This document shows positions 1 through 9,602 of a stretch of 64,000 nucleotides of DNA, one piece after another. The notes beneath the pieces are model-generated. The model was not told the origin of the DNA. It saw only the letters and a list, made by a program, of their open reading frames with translations, and searched no databases. How positions within the stretch are numbered: position 1 is the first letter of the stretch; the number at the start of each line of letters is the position of its first letter. The DNA comes from Marsupella aquatica. Taxonomy: Eukaryota; Plantae; Marchantiophyta. The position numbers were made by a program, and so were the translations under genes. The DNA lies in the NCBI GenBank assembly GCA_973895155.1, contig OZ316897.1, forward strand, positions 1,514,515-1,578,514, given 5' to 3'.

Positions 1-446
1 CAACCCATCGTGAAATGCATCCAAGTCTTGGAAGATGTCTCTCACCATCTCTTCCACATGAATTCCTTCGTCACGTGGTGCTGCCTGAGCACCATCCCGT
101 TGGAGAGCTGACAACTCACAGAGCCCAGCTACAACATTTTCAAATGCACCAAGCAGAACCTCCACTCCTCGTCGGAAGAATCTTCCTCTGCAGGATCATT
201 CCAAACTTGATGTCGTGGATCTCTTCCATGAACCGCAATATGCCGCCAAACCTCATTCAGACCCCTGGTACGGGATCCTTGGCAGATTGCACAAGGACAT
301 CTCATCCTACTGGCTCCTGAAAGTCTGGTTTGTAACCTTTCACGCTGCCAAAGCTTATTATCATGGCGTGATATCCTTGTGGGATGATGCAAAGGCAGTG
401 CCTGTGCCCTGGGCTGGGTCTGGGGAGGGTGGTGACCAGGGTGCAT
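1..446 (-). pseudogene. CACTA Tnp2/TnpD transposase N-terminal (transposase-associated) domain, truncated by window edge
   Basis: RCPCAICQG...VWRHIAVHG motif. EEDSSDEEWR and MVRDIFQDLDAF match the region upstream of the Transposase_21 ORF at 34.0-34.4 kb. In-frame TAG at 129. Confidence 0.75.
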
Positions 447-791
447 TGTAACAGGTTGGGAGCTCTGCAGTCATGGACAGCAGTGAACAAGGATGCCTAA
501 TGGTGGTATTTGTGTTCCATATATCCCTGACTGTATCTGCCAAAAGAGTTAACATAACGTGTACTAAATTCTCACAAACCCTAAACCACCCCAAAAGAAA
601 AAACAGGTTCGCGAGTAGTGTACCTATTGTCGAGTGAATGACACAAAATTCCTAAATGTTGGAGGGTGTCACCACCTCCTCCGCTGTCCTCAAATGTACC
701 GCCTCTGCATGTACACCCATGACCATATCAGAGTCCAATCATGTATAGTCACAGGCACAGGTGTGAGAGCGGTATCACATATCTCACCTTA

Positions 792-1319
792 TTACCAGGT
801 GAGATATGGGTACCAACCCTGTTCTCGATGCCACTCAGACCTCAGGTACTCAGGCATGTACATTAAATCATCAAGGTCTAAACCCTGCTCATGCCATGGG
901 GGTCTTGCATCCGTGCCTACAAGCAGTGGATGCAATGCCCTCCACTGGGGGCAAGTTGCTACCAAGTCCCTCCACCGTGTATTAATTTGTCTATATTTGC
1001 AGATATCTTGTGCACAGGACACCACAAGAACCCTCGGCCATACATGTGAAAGAACTATATCATCTGCCAAATCAGGCAACAAGGAACCACCTACAACATT
1101 GGGCTTGTCTAACTCATCTGCTGAAAAGTAGATGTCCACTTCGGACTGTGCATCCTCATTCACGATAGATTCAGCATCTCTTGCATCCTCAGGCGGTGCC
1201 AAGAAATATTTTAGCACCAACCCATGCAAGAGAGTCCTAACTGTGGCCAGCCATATGGCAACCCGGAGGAGGAGCCGTAATAGCGCCTGTTGATCTAGGA
1301 AAGGGAACATACCCACCAA
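792..1319 (-). CDS. F-box-motif protein with hydrophobic N-terminus (CACTA cargo)
   Basis: LLPDLADDIVLSHVWPRV...ICKYRQINTRWRDLV matches the plant F-box pattern LPxLPDDxxxxxxxRV...xxxVxxRWRxLV. Homologue at 33.0-33.55 kb. Confidence 0.65.
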   Translation of the reverse strand: MVGMFPFLDQQALLRLLLRVAIWLATVRTLLHGLVLKYFLAPPEDARDAESIVNEDAQSEVDIYFSADELDKPNVVGGSLLPDLADDIVLSHVWPRVLVVSCAQDICKYRQINTRWRDLVATCPQWRALHPLLVGTDARPPWHEQGLDLDDLMYMPEYLRSEWHREQGWYPYLTW

Positions 1320-1516
1320 AGTCTACCGCCGAGATTTGAGCCCACCCAGTACGTTTACAGTGACACCCCCAGGCAGCAGGAAACAACAATCCGCCAACAA
1401 TAAAATAAGCCCAACTGCCACCAACCATAACAAGGTACATTAGTTCAAAGATCACATTTATTTCAATGATCTGATTTATACAAAAAAACTTGTGTCCAAA
1501 CTGATGCTACTACTCC

Positions 1517-2389
1517 TCACTCTGATTCAGAATCGCTAATGACCCATTCCTCACTTGTTGTCTCATAGTCCTCTCTGTAAGGATCCTGACCCTTCCGTGG
1601 CCAGGCCTCAAAAAGATCATAATCCATTGGGCTTTGACGCTTCCCAACTGCTACTGATTCCACAAGCCAAGCATATGAAACCACAAACACATTATGGGAC
1701 ATGACATAAAAGCGAATGTCTCCCTTCCCAAACTTGCGGCAGGCTTTGGGATATGACTGAGTAATGACATGAGTGGTGTCCTCTGTTATATTCTCCTCCA
1801 CTGTCCCACCTAGGTCAAGCACTGTGGACTTGTACACTTTGCACTTAACCTCTCCAATTCCCGCCTCCACAAATACCATGCTCAGCCCTTTCAGAATGGG
1901 GGTTGGTTGCTTTGTCTCCTCAGCCAACATACTCTTCAGCCTTGTAGAGCTTTGTCCTTTGTTGAGTACAGGTCCATATTGGAGATCAGCAAGCCGTGCC
2001 TTTGCTTCCCAGACTTCTTGTTCAGCCCAAGCTGATGCAGTAGCTTCTTCACCCTCCCACAACTCATATTGCTCAGTATCCTGTACAATCTTATGTGCTA
2101 TGGAATCTGTGATCCAAGAGGCCTCAACTACTTTTAGGCCTTGCTTAGTAATTGCAGAGTTCATGTAGGACCATGACCACTTCTTTATCACTGATAGCCA
2201 TGTCCCTGCAACAACATGTGTAGTCTCTGGAGTGATGTCGTGAACTACAGTGCCATGGAGCTCAGAGAATCGTTTCTGTACAGTTGGCCAATGCACTTTG
2301 GTCAACCCATGCTGGCCATGGACCAAAATTGCTCTGACCCCTATAAACACTGCTGGGTGGTCACACTTTCTACGTTTCCCAGGCTCCAT
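1517..2389 (-). CDS. Tandem BRCT-domain protein (CACTA cargo), BRCTs resembling plant DNA polymerase lambda BRCT
   Basis: Two repeats of GxVxxxITxxTTHVV/I...VV(E/S)xxW(I/L)x(D/E)S...YxL. Intact intronless ORF of about 290 aa. Second copy at 31666-32829. Confidence 0.8.
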   Translation of the reverse strand: MEPGKRRKCDHPAVFIGVRAILVHGQHGLTKVHWPTVQKRFSELHGTVVHDITPETTHVVAGTWLSVIKKWSWSYMNSAITKQGLKVVEASWITDSIAHKIVQDTEQYELWEGEEATASAWAEQEVWEAKARLADLQYGPVLNKGQSSTRLKSMLAEETKQPTPILKGLSMVFVEAGIGEVKCKVYKSTVLDLGGTVEENITEDTTHVITQSYPKACRKFGKGDIRFYVMSHNVFVVSYAWLVESVAVGKRQSPMDYDLFEAWPRKGQDPYREDYETTSEEWVISDSESE

Positions 2390-2972
2390 GTACACACACC
2401 CTACGTGATGACAGTGAATTTTGGAAGAATGGGTTCACCTGACAATACAAGGACAACAAAATTTCTGCTTTTTGAGTTGATCTGGCCCACTGGTGCTCAG
2501 GTCCGATTTTGATAGGTACAAGGGATATGTGAACAATACGTACTAGGCACCTGCACGGATGCAGGACATTGTTTGAATATATACTACAAAATCCATATCG
2601 AAGGTGAAATGAAGTGCAACCAACTTGTCATGGCACATACATATTTTGTTGTAAAAGAGGATGACAAACTTATAGGGCAATTTGATTAATTGCATGCCTG
2701 ATAATTTATACGCTTACAACTTAGAAGTCCTGTTTTAATTTAGCAGTATGATGAAAGTGTTTATGAAAATGACCACTCAGCCTAAATACTTCCAAGAAGG
2801 CTTGTAAGGATAAGTTTTTATAGGCATGTACCTAGCCACTGACGCCAGAGCACAAGATAAGTGCTGCCTGTATAAACTCGCCTACCCAACTCCTTTTCAA
2901 AATTGGAATCTCTGCAATCTCAAAAAATAGTACATCCACATCAGGTGCATTGTGCATGTACAATGTTCAGCT

Positions 2973-3653
2973 TCACAGCCAAGATATGTGATCTCTCACA
3001 GGAGTGCGCGAGGTAGGATCAATGGCATGGCGATGACAATAAAATATCCATCGATCAACACCATGTGCAGAGTGATCATAGATTTCTCTATCACAAGCAT
3101 AATCCTCTACTTGACGATCTTTCAGGCAATGATAGTGCCACATAGTGGGACACCTAGCACAGTGGACTATATCAGTCCAGTAGTCATCATCATGCTCACC
3201 ACATGCCTTGCACCTATGAAGTGGGCAAGTTGTGACATGAGCAGGCAAACACTCAAAACAGAAAAATCTCACACAAAAACGGTCTGGACATTTCCTAACA
3301 TTTGCTGCAGCATCAACAGAGCCCTCATAGGACCCCAACTTCCCACACTGTGCACACTTAGCCTGCTTCTCCAAACAATCAATGCACATCCAATCTCCCT
3401 GGTGTGTTGACGGGAGGCCCACCCCTGGACAGTTGTTTTCTGCAGCAAGGTCAGACTCCGGGTTGACATGGAAATGCCTCATGCAAGGGCCCTCACAAAT
3501 GACCAGGCCCCCACCATCGTCACAAATGGCACAACAATGAGCTCCCTTCTGGAAAATCTGACTTGCAGAGAAGTTAGTAGCATCTGCCCCAAGTACACCT
3601 GTGTTTCTCACCTCTGTCACACGCTTTTTGTCTTGAATTTTAGGCCGTGCCAT
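2973..3653 (-). CDS. Stand-alone EDM2-type composite PHD-finger protein (CACTA cargo)
   Basis: CAICDDGG..ICEGPCMRHFH, CAQCGKLGS, TCPLHRCKAC, CARCPTMWHYHCL and IFYCHRHAIDPTSRTPVRDH parallel the EDM2 PHD region (IYCxxHEIDxxLxTPVRDH). Intact 226-aa intronless ORF. Confidence 0.85.
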   Translation of the reverse strand: MARPKIQDKKRVTEVRNTGVLGADATNFSASQIFQKGAHCCAICDDGGGLVICEGPCMRHFHVNPESDLAAENNCPGVGLPSTHQGDWMCIDCLEKQAKCAQCGKLGSYEGSVDAAANVRKCPDRFCVRFFCFECLPAHVTTCPLHRCKACGEHDDDYWTDIVHCARCPTMWHYHCLKDRQVEDYACDREIYDHSAHGVDRWIFYCHRHAIDPTSRTPVRDHISWL

Positions 3654-3830
3654 GCCTGCGCATGAGATAGACTCTACAATTTAGCAGACTGCATAGAAAG
3701 TAATATATATTTAGCATTTAAGGTACAAAGGCATTTGCTACTGCAATGAATTGGAATGGCCACACAAGGATGCAGAGCAGACATACTTTTGGTATGTTGA
3801 GCCAACACACAAAACTGATCCCCTAATACA

Positions 3831-3968
3831 TGTCGTGCGCATACATATTGCTACACAACATACATCGCTTGTCACATACATCCAGGCATAGTCACACTGC
3901 CACATCACAAACACAAGAGAATGGAATACAAGTGGAACTCATGTCCACACATGTCCAAAACCCACAAT
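3831..3968 (-). repeat. LTR half B, copy B2 (3' terminus of element)
   Basis: Direct repeat of 4300-4427, with 2 substitutions and a 10-nt duplication ATGTCCACAC. Confidence 0.95.
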
Positions 3969-4297
3969 AATCTCAATACAATCGGCACAACGATCCCGGT
4001 CAACAATACCCCATCGATCCCGCACCGATCCGATCACACACGTATGTCAAGCCAACGCACCTTGCACTACTCAAGGAATCCACGTTATACAAGCGGAGCT
4101 CACAGCCACCATAGCCACACTCAAGCTCCTCTCTCTCCAAGGCTCAACATTGAAAGATGACCTTTCAATGCCTCACAAGTGAGAAGTACCCTCTCACACA
4201 AACCTGACAGAACCTTATCGGCTCCAATAGCACTCATACCAAATGTACATACTCTAATAGCACGATATACTACTACACTACTCAGAATGGTGTGACA
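3968..4297 (-). repeat. LTR half A, copy A2
   Basis: Direct repeat of 12853-13182. Two substitutions seen in about 330 nt. Confidence 0.95.
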
Positions 4298-4299
4298 GC

Positions 4300-4427
4300 T
4301 GTCGTGCGCATACATATCCCTACACAACATACATCGCTTGTCACATACATCCAGGCATAGTCACACTGCCACATCACAAACACAAGAGAATGGAATACAA
4401 GTGGAACTCATGTCCAAAACCCACAAT
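4300..4427 (-). repeat. LTR half B, copy B1 (follows PPT)
   Basis: Repeat of 3831-3968. Joined to A2 by GACA-GC-TGTC (4294-4303). Confidence 0.95.
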
Positions 4428-4437
4428 CGCCCCCCTA
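4428..4437 (-). promoter_or_regulatory. Polypurine tract (PPT)
   Basis: The minus strand reads TAGGGGGGCG immediately before ATTGTGGG (start of B1). Confidence 0.7.
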
Positions 4438-4600
4438 GCTGGGAGTAAGGTCCCCTAACTCTAGCTAGCCATGAGTTCTACAAGGTTGATATACACCTTT
4501 TTAGGTGTGAAGATCAGGAGGCCGGGTGCAAGTGAGCCCCATCGATCACCTACCTGCAATCCATATCTGCCAAGAGAACACAAATGATAACTAGTCGGCT

Positions 4601-6847
4601 TCACCGACACTGAGGACACAACCATGATCCACTAGGAATCACCTGCAATGGTGGTGTCAAACATGACATGTGCCAACCTCTAGAACACTTATCACAAATC
4701 AACATAGTAGCTGCTCCCTGAGCAGATCCACACAACATACATTTCAAGCCAGCACGAACATGTGCCAAGCTTGGATCTACTATACCATCAATGTTGGGAA
4801 GGTGACATGGTGCACAGTTGCGCACATGATCCTTCCAAACCATACCATCGCGTCCCTCCAACATCAGGACACCAGAAGGCAACACTTCACGCACACGTAA
4901 GATTGTCCGGCCTGCGGTCACATCAAGTGTCGTGGGTGCTGTCTGCTGCAAATAAACATAATCACCAGGATGAAATCGTCGAATGCTTGCACGGTAACCT
5001 CCTCCACGAATAGTGGCATACCTCAAAGTATCACGATGTTGGGCAATGGCAAGGTTGTCAAAAGCCATGGGCATCACTCTCTGAAATACCCGTGCTCTCT
5101 CTGAACACACCTTGACCCAAACATCAGGATCATCCAAGTTCACAACTGGTGCAGCATCACGACGAATAGCTGCTGGCAAATCTGGCTCTCTACCATAAAG
5201 CAAAAAGTAGGGTGAGAAGGATGCAAGTGATGCTTGCCGATTGAAACGGTAGCCCATAGCTAACCAAGGTAGCTAGAGATCCCAATCTCCCAGATGACCA
5301 ACCTGCAAGCCATACTTACACAATTCTCTCTTCACAGTTTGCACAACTCTCTCAGCTAATCCATCTGCCTCAGGATGATCACGAGAGGTAGTACGATGAT
5401 CAATCAGAGCTTGTTCACACAAACTCTCAAACTCTCCACGGAACTCAGTTCCCTGATCAGTCAACACCTCAGCTGGTGCTCCAAAATGACTGAGTACACG
5501 ATCCAAAAATGTAGCAGCAACTCCTCCACTGGCTTTATCTGGCAACGCCACTAGCTCAATCCACTTGGAGAAGTGCTCCACTATGACCAAAACATACCGA
5601 TTATGACGTTGGGTAAGAGATAATGGACCAGCAAAATCCAAACTCCAATGATATCCCAAACCCATGATCGGCAACGGGTGCAACTGGGGAGTGGGAGCAT
5701 TAAATGATGCTCTCACTCTATCACATACCACACACTTAGCTATCAACAGTTGGACATGAGTGTGCATACCACGCCACCAATATTGTGTCTGCAGCAAGTT
5801 GTAAGTGCGCTTTACACCAAAGTGACCCAACTCCTCGTGCGCATGTCGCACCAAATGGACTCTCTGTGATGGTTTTGGGACCGCCAACACTCTACCATCA
5901 TGCAGTACTCTCAAAAGATGGTTTCCCTCCCATCGAAACCTCTTGGCTCTTTGTAGAACCCTGTCACGTTCCTTGGCATCAACACTGCCAACAATAGAAC
6001 CACTGCGCAGATATTCCAACACTCTCACATCATTGTGAATATCTTGTTGTCCAATAGTTACCTCACTAACATCCACATCTGAAGACTCATCATCCACTCC
6101 ATCCAATGAGGTAGAGTCCATAGATCCACTGTATGCTGGCACCCAACAAAGAAAGGCAGATGCATGCCATCCTGGCACCATCTCCTTATCTGACTCATCA
6201 TGCCATCTGGCTCCAGTCTCATCTTGCTGACTAGTACATGGATTGCGGCTTAATCCATCTGCATCCAAGTTCACTTTTCCAGGCCTATGCACCACCTGGA
6301 AATCATACTCCTGTAACAACAATGCCCATCGTGCAAGCTTCCCTGTAAGCTTGTCAGACTCCATTAACCACTTAAGAGGCTGATGATCAGTGATCAAGGT
6401 GAAGGGGTTACCAAACAAGTAGCAACAAAAGTGTGCAACAGCCCACACTGCTGCCAAACACTCTCTCTCATAAAAGCTATACTTAGCCTCTGCTGAATTG
6501 TTTGATCTACTGGCATAAGCCACAACAAACTCATTCCCCTCATCATCCTTCTGAGTCAGCACTGCTCCAAGTCCTACTCCACTCCAATCAGTGTGTAGCT
6601 GAAATGGTCTGCCTGAAATGGGTCTTCTCAAAATAGGGGATGATGCCAACCTTTGCTTCAACTCCTGAAAGGCATGCTCCTGGTCATCACCCCAAATCCA
6701 TTCCTGATCCAACTTAGTGAGTATGGTCAAAGGTTTAGCAAGCTGGCTAAATCCTTTAACATACCTCCTGTAGTAGCTCGCCAATCCCAAGAATGCATGA
6801 ACTCTACTCACATCAGTAGGACAAGGAATCTGTGTAATGGCCTCCAC
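4601..6847 (-). pseudogene. Gypsy pol: RT connection, RNase H, integrase (HHCC zinc finger, DDE core) and C-terminal PHD finger
   Basis: LHTDWSGVGLGAVL...ERECLA...ITDHQPL...ADGLSR (RNase H). H..LGH...C..C; LDFAGP, TDQGTEF and GLAER (DDE). CMLC...LICDKCSRGWHMSCLTPPL...WLCPQC (PHD). In-frame TAG at 5273. Confidence 0.95.
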
Positions 6848-6853
6848 TTTAGT

Positions 6854-7576
6854 CTACTGTACACCCAATCCCCCTGGGTATATAGTGTGGCCCAAATACT
6901 CAATCTGGTCTTGGAAGAACTTACACTTGCCAGGATGGAGCTTCAACCCATGTGCTCTCAATCTCTCCAACACAATCTGCAAGTGCTGTTGATGTTCTTC
7001 CACAGTAGAAGAATAGACCAAAATATCATCAATATAACATCTGACAAAATCCAAACCTGCAAGGATTCGATCCATGACTCTCTGGAACTCAGCTGGTGCA
7101 TTCTTCAACCCAAATGGTAAGAATAACCACTGATACAAACGATCTTTGCCATAAGAATCAATCCCCCAGAATGCTGTCTTGGACCTGTCAGCATGCCTAA
7201 TTGGAAGCTGATGGTACCCTGCCCTCAGATCCAATGAACTGAAAACCTTTGCATGCCCCACAGCATCAAAGATCTCCTCAGGTGTGGGCATGGCATATCG
7301 ATCAGATTTTGTCTAGCGATTAATAGGTCTGTAATCACCACACATGCGCCTATCTGTGTAATTGCCATGCACATCCTTCTTGGTTGGCATCACTGTGGCA
7401 GATGCATACTCCCCATATGAAATCTCCACCAATCTAGCCTCCAACAAATCTTGAGTTCTGCTTTGAATCAGAGCTCTCTCCATGTCACTATAACGGTATG
7501 GTCTACGAAAGATTGGCGCATCACTAGCCAATTCAATCTGAATACCAGGGCCCTTCAGTGTCCCCAAATCCTTCAT
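6854..7576 (-). pseudogene. Gypsy reverse transcriptase
   Basis: RMCGDYRPIN, SSLDLRAGYHQ, LPFGLKNAP, YIDD and KCKF...YLGH motifs. In-frame TAG stops at 7313 and 6854. Confidence 0.97.
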
Positions 7577-7726
7577 GTTGAATGCAAAACAATTCCAATA
7601 ACTCTTCAGGAATCAATGCATGCGACGTCTCTCCTCCCCTGTTAACTTAGGGCCAAACTGTGGTTCCCAACTCTCCACCAAATCCCTAATATCTCTTTGT
7701 AGGGTAGAAGAGATAGCCGATGATTG

Positions 7727-9580
7727 CTATTTAGCAGTAGATTGAGTAGTCCCTTCCTGCTCAACAATCTGTCCAGCCTTGGCCAATCCTGCCAAAGGTC
7801 CATGGACTGTCTGCTCGCCCCCAGCTGTGGTCAATACTGTCTCAATGGACCGCAAGCTCACCAAGGGACAATCAGTAATTCCAGTAGAGCGCATCCGCAA
7901 CTGTTCAGCTACTCCCAAGCTGATAATCCAAGTCAAACAATTCAGGTCCATTGCTTGACCAAGAACCTGGCGCCGCAAACCCTCTGACACAGAGGCAACT
8001 GCAATGGTGCCAGTCAAAAATCCCATAGCACGCTCTCTCTCATCAGCAGTAGGCTCCACTAACTGCTGGAGAGCTGTGTCCCACACAAGTCCAGGGCCAC
8101 CTGCTCTGAATGCATATGAAGCAGAGTGGCTTACAAGAGTGGGTAATGCACAACATGGGCGCCCAACTGCATTGACCATTGCCAATGGAGGTCTATTAGG
8201 TTGGGTCACACCCTGTGCCCGACGCCCTGGATCCAAAATATCATCCACCACTAAGGCTGGTGAGCGTGGAATGCTGTCAAATGCGCGCTTCAGCACCTCA
8301 CATGGGATCAAATTAGTCCACCACAAGCGTGGATGATGTGCATGAGAACCCACACGTGCAACATCCAATAACACAGCAGGTCCAATCCAAGACCTCACCT
8401 GGTGAACACTGGCAATAATCCGACTACGATCATCACCTAACAATGGCATATTCTCCAAAATGTATGCTGGAGACTGTTTCTGATGTAGCTGGAGATGACG
8501 CAGCACCCGTAACATCTCCCAAAACAATGCAGAGCGTGGATCATGAAGTCCATGCCCAATGCCAGCTCTAGATTGGCCCTGACATGGCCAACCAGCAATC
8601 ACCAAATCAATGGGGCCAACACGATGTAGATGATCCGCCCCCAACAATGAAATATCAACAGGTAGTGCATGCTGATAACCACGAATAGCATCCACTGGCA
8701 ACAACTGTGGATATCTATCCACCAACATAGCCACATGTTGCAATGAGATCCTCCGTGCTGTCTCATCTGTCTCCACATACAAATAACGACGCACAGGAAT
8801 TCCTGCCTGAAGAACAGCAGCCAATCCAGTGCTAATCCCACCAAAAAGATCCAACAAACAAATACCCTCCGGTGGATACTGCCAAGCAATAGGAGTGGTA
8901 TCCAATGGTGAAAGAGTCATAGGTCCATTTGCAAGAGACTGCTCTACTCCTGACTGTGGTGTAAAAGCATGACGCCATGCATCATGTACCAATCGTGCTG
9001 TTGCCTGTGGCAAGGCCTGTGCAGTGCCCCACACTGGTGGCACAACACTTCCAACAGGTAATCCTCGCATGATGTGCTCCTCATGAGACTCCTCCAATGG
9101 TGGAACATCTGCTGCATGCGCATTACCCTCAATCAAATCATCAGGTCCAGCAATTACACCACTGAATGCTGCCAAAGATAATGGTGTGGATTTAGGGTCT
9201 CCCACAGGTCCACTAAATCTCACTGGCAATTTGCTCAATCGAGCATCTCCTGACTGCCAATCAGGTCTATATGACACTGATTCCTCCCAAAAATCAAGAA
9301 TAAATCCCATGGGGTAGAGCACTGTACATCCCACCAACACATCATATGACTCTGCCTTAGTCAGAATAGCTCGCGCCTGTATCTGTGAGCTATCTGTGGT
9401 ATGACCTTCCTGAATTCTCAAATCAAGTGGTCTTCTGGTGATATGCTGTGTAGGTGTAGGTCCCCCCAATGAAGTCTGAATGGGAAAGGGACAATCCTCC
9501 AAATCCTCTGGACGTAATCCCAATCCACGTATGGTAGACTTCCCCAACATCAAGGGCTGAGCACCAGTATCCAGTAACAC
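7727..9580 (-). CDS. Aspartic protease fused to a DNMT3-like C5 cytosine methyltransferase domain (about 7920-8864)
   Basis: VLLDTGAQ protease. MTase motifs I (LDLFGGIS), II (VETD), IV (IAGWPCQG), VI (ILEN), VIII (HxPRLWWTNL), IX (ERERAMGF) and X (RRQVLGQA) in canonical order. Confidence 0.92.
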   Translation of the reverse strand: MLLDTGAQPLMLGKSTIRGLGLRPEDLEDCPFPIQTSLGGPTPTQHITRRPLDLRIQEGHTTDSSQIQARAILTKAESYDVLVGCTVLYPMGFILDFWEESVSYRPDWQSGDARLSKLPVRFSGPVGDPKSTPLSLAAFSGVIAGPDDLIEGNAHAADVPPLEESHEEHIMRGLPVGSVVPPVWGTAQALPQATARLVHDAWRHAFTPQSGVEQSLANGPMTLSPLDTTPIAWQYPPEGICLLDLFGGISTGLAAVLQAGIPVRRYLYVETDETARRISLQHVAMLVDRYPQLLPVDAIRGYQHALPVDISLLGADHLHRVGPIDLVIAGWPCQGQSRAGIGHGLHDPRSALFWEMLRVLRHLQLHQKQSPAYILENMPLLGDDRSRIIASVHQVRSWIGPAVLLDVARVGSHAHHPRLWWTNLIPCEVLKRAFDSIPRSPALVVDDILDPGRRAQGVTQPNRPPLAMVNAVGRPCCALPTLVSHSASYAFRAGGPGLVWDTALQQLVEPTADERERAMGFLTGTIAVASVSEGLRRQVLGQAMDLNCLTWIISLGVAEQLRMRSTGITDCPLVSLRSIETVLTTAGGEQTVHGPLAGLAKAGQIVEQEGTTQSTAK

Positions 9581-9602
9581 TCTCTCTGGCTGGTATACTG
9601 CT

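Noticed and set aside
634-2512. Plus-strand ORFs (634-1131, 1773-2168, 2216-2512) and similar short ORFs across the window
   Set aside because: They are antisense shadows of real minus-strand genes or repeat-derived, with no domain signal.
7727-9580. Bacterial restriction-modification MTase or contamination
   Set aside because: It is in frame with the retroviral-type protease inside a TSD-bounded Gypsy, the motifs are DNMT3-like, and the context is intron-containing plant DNA.
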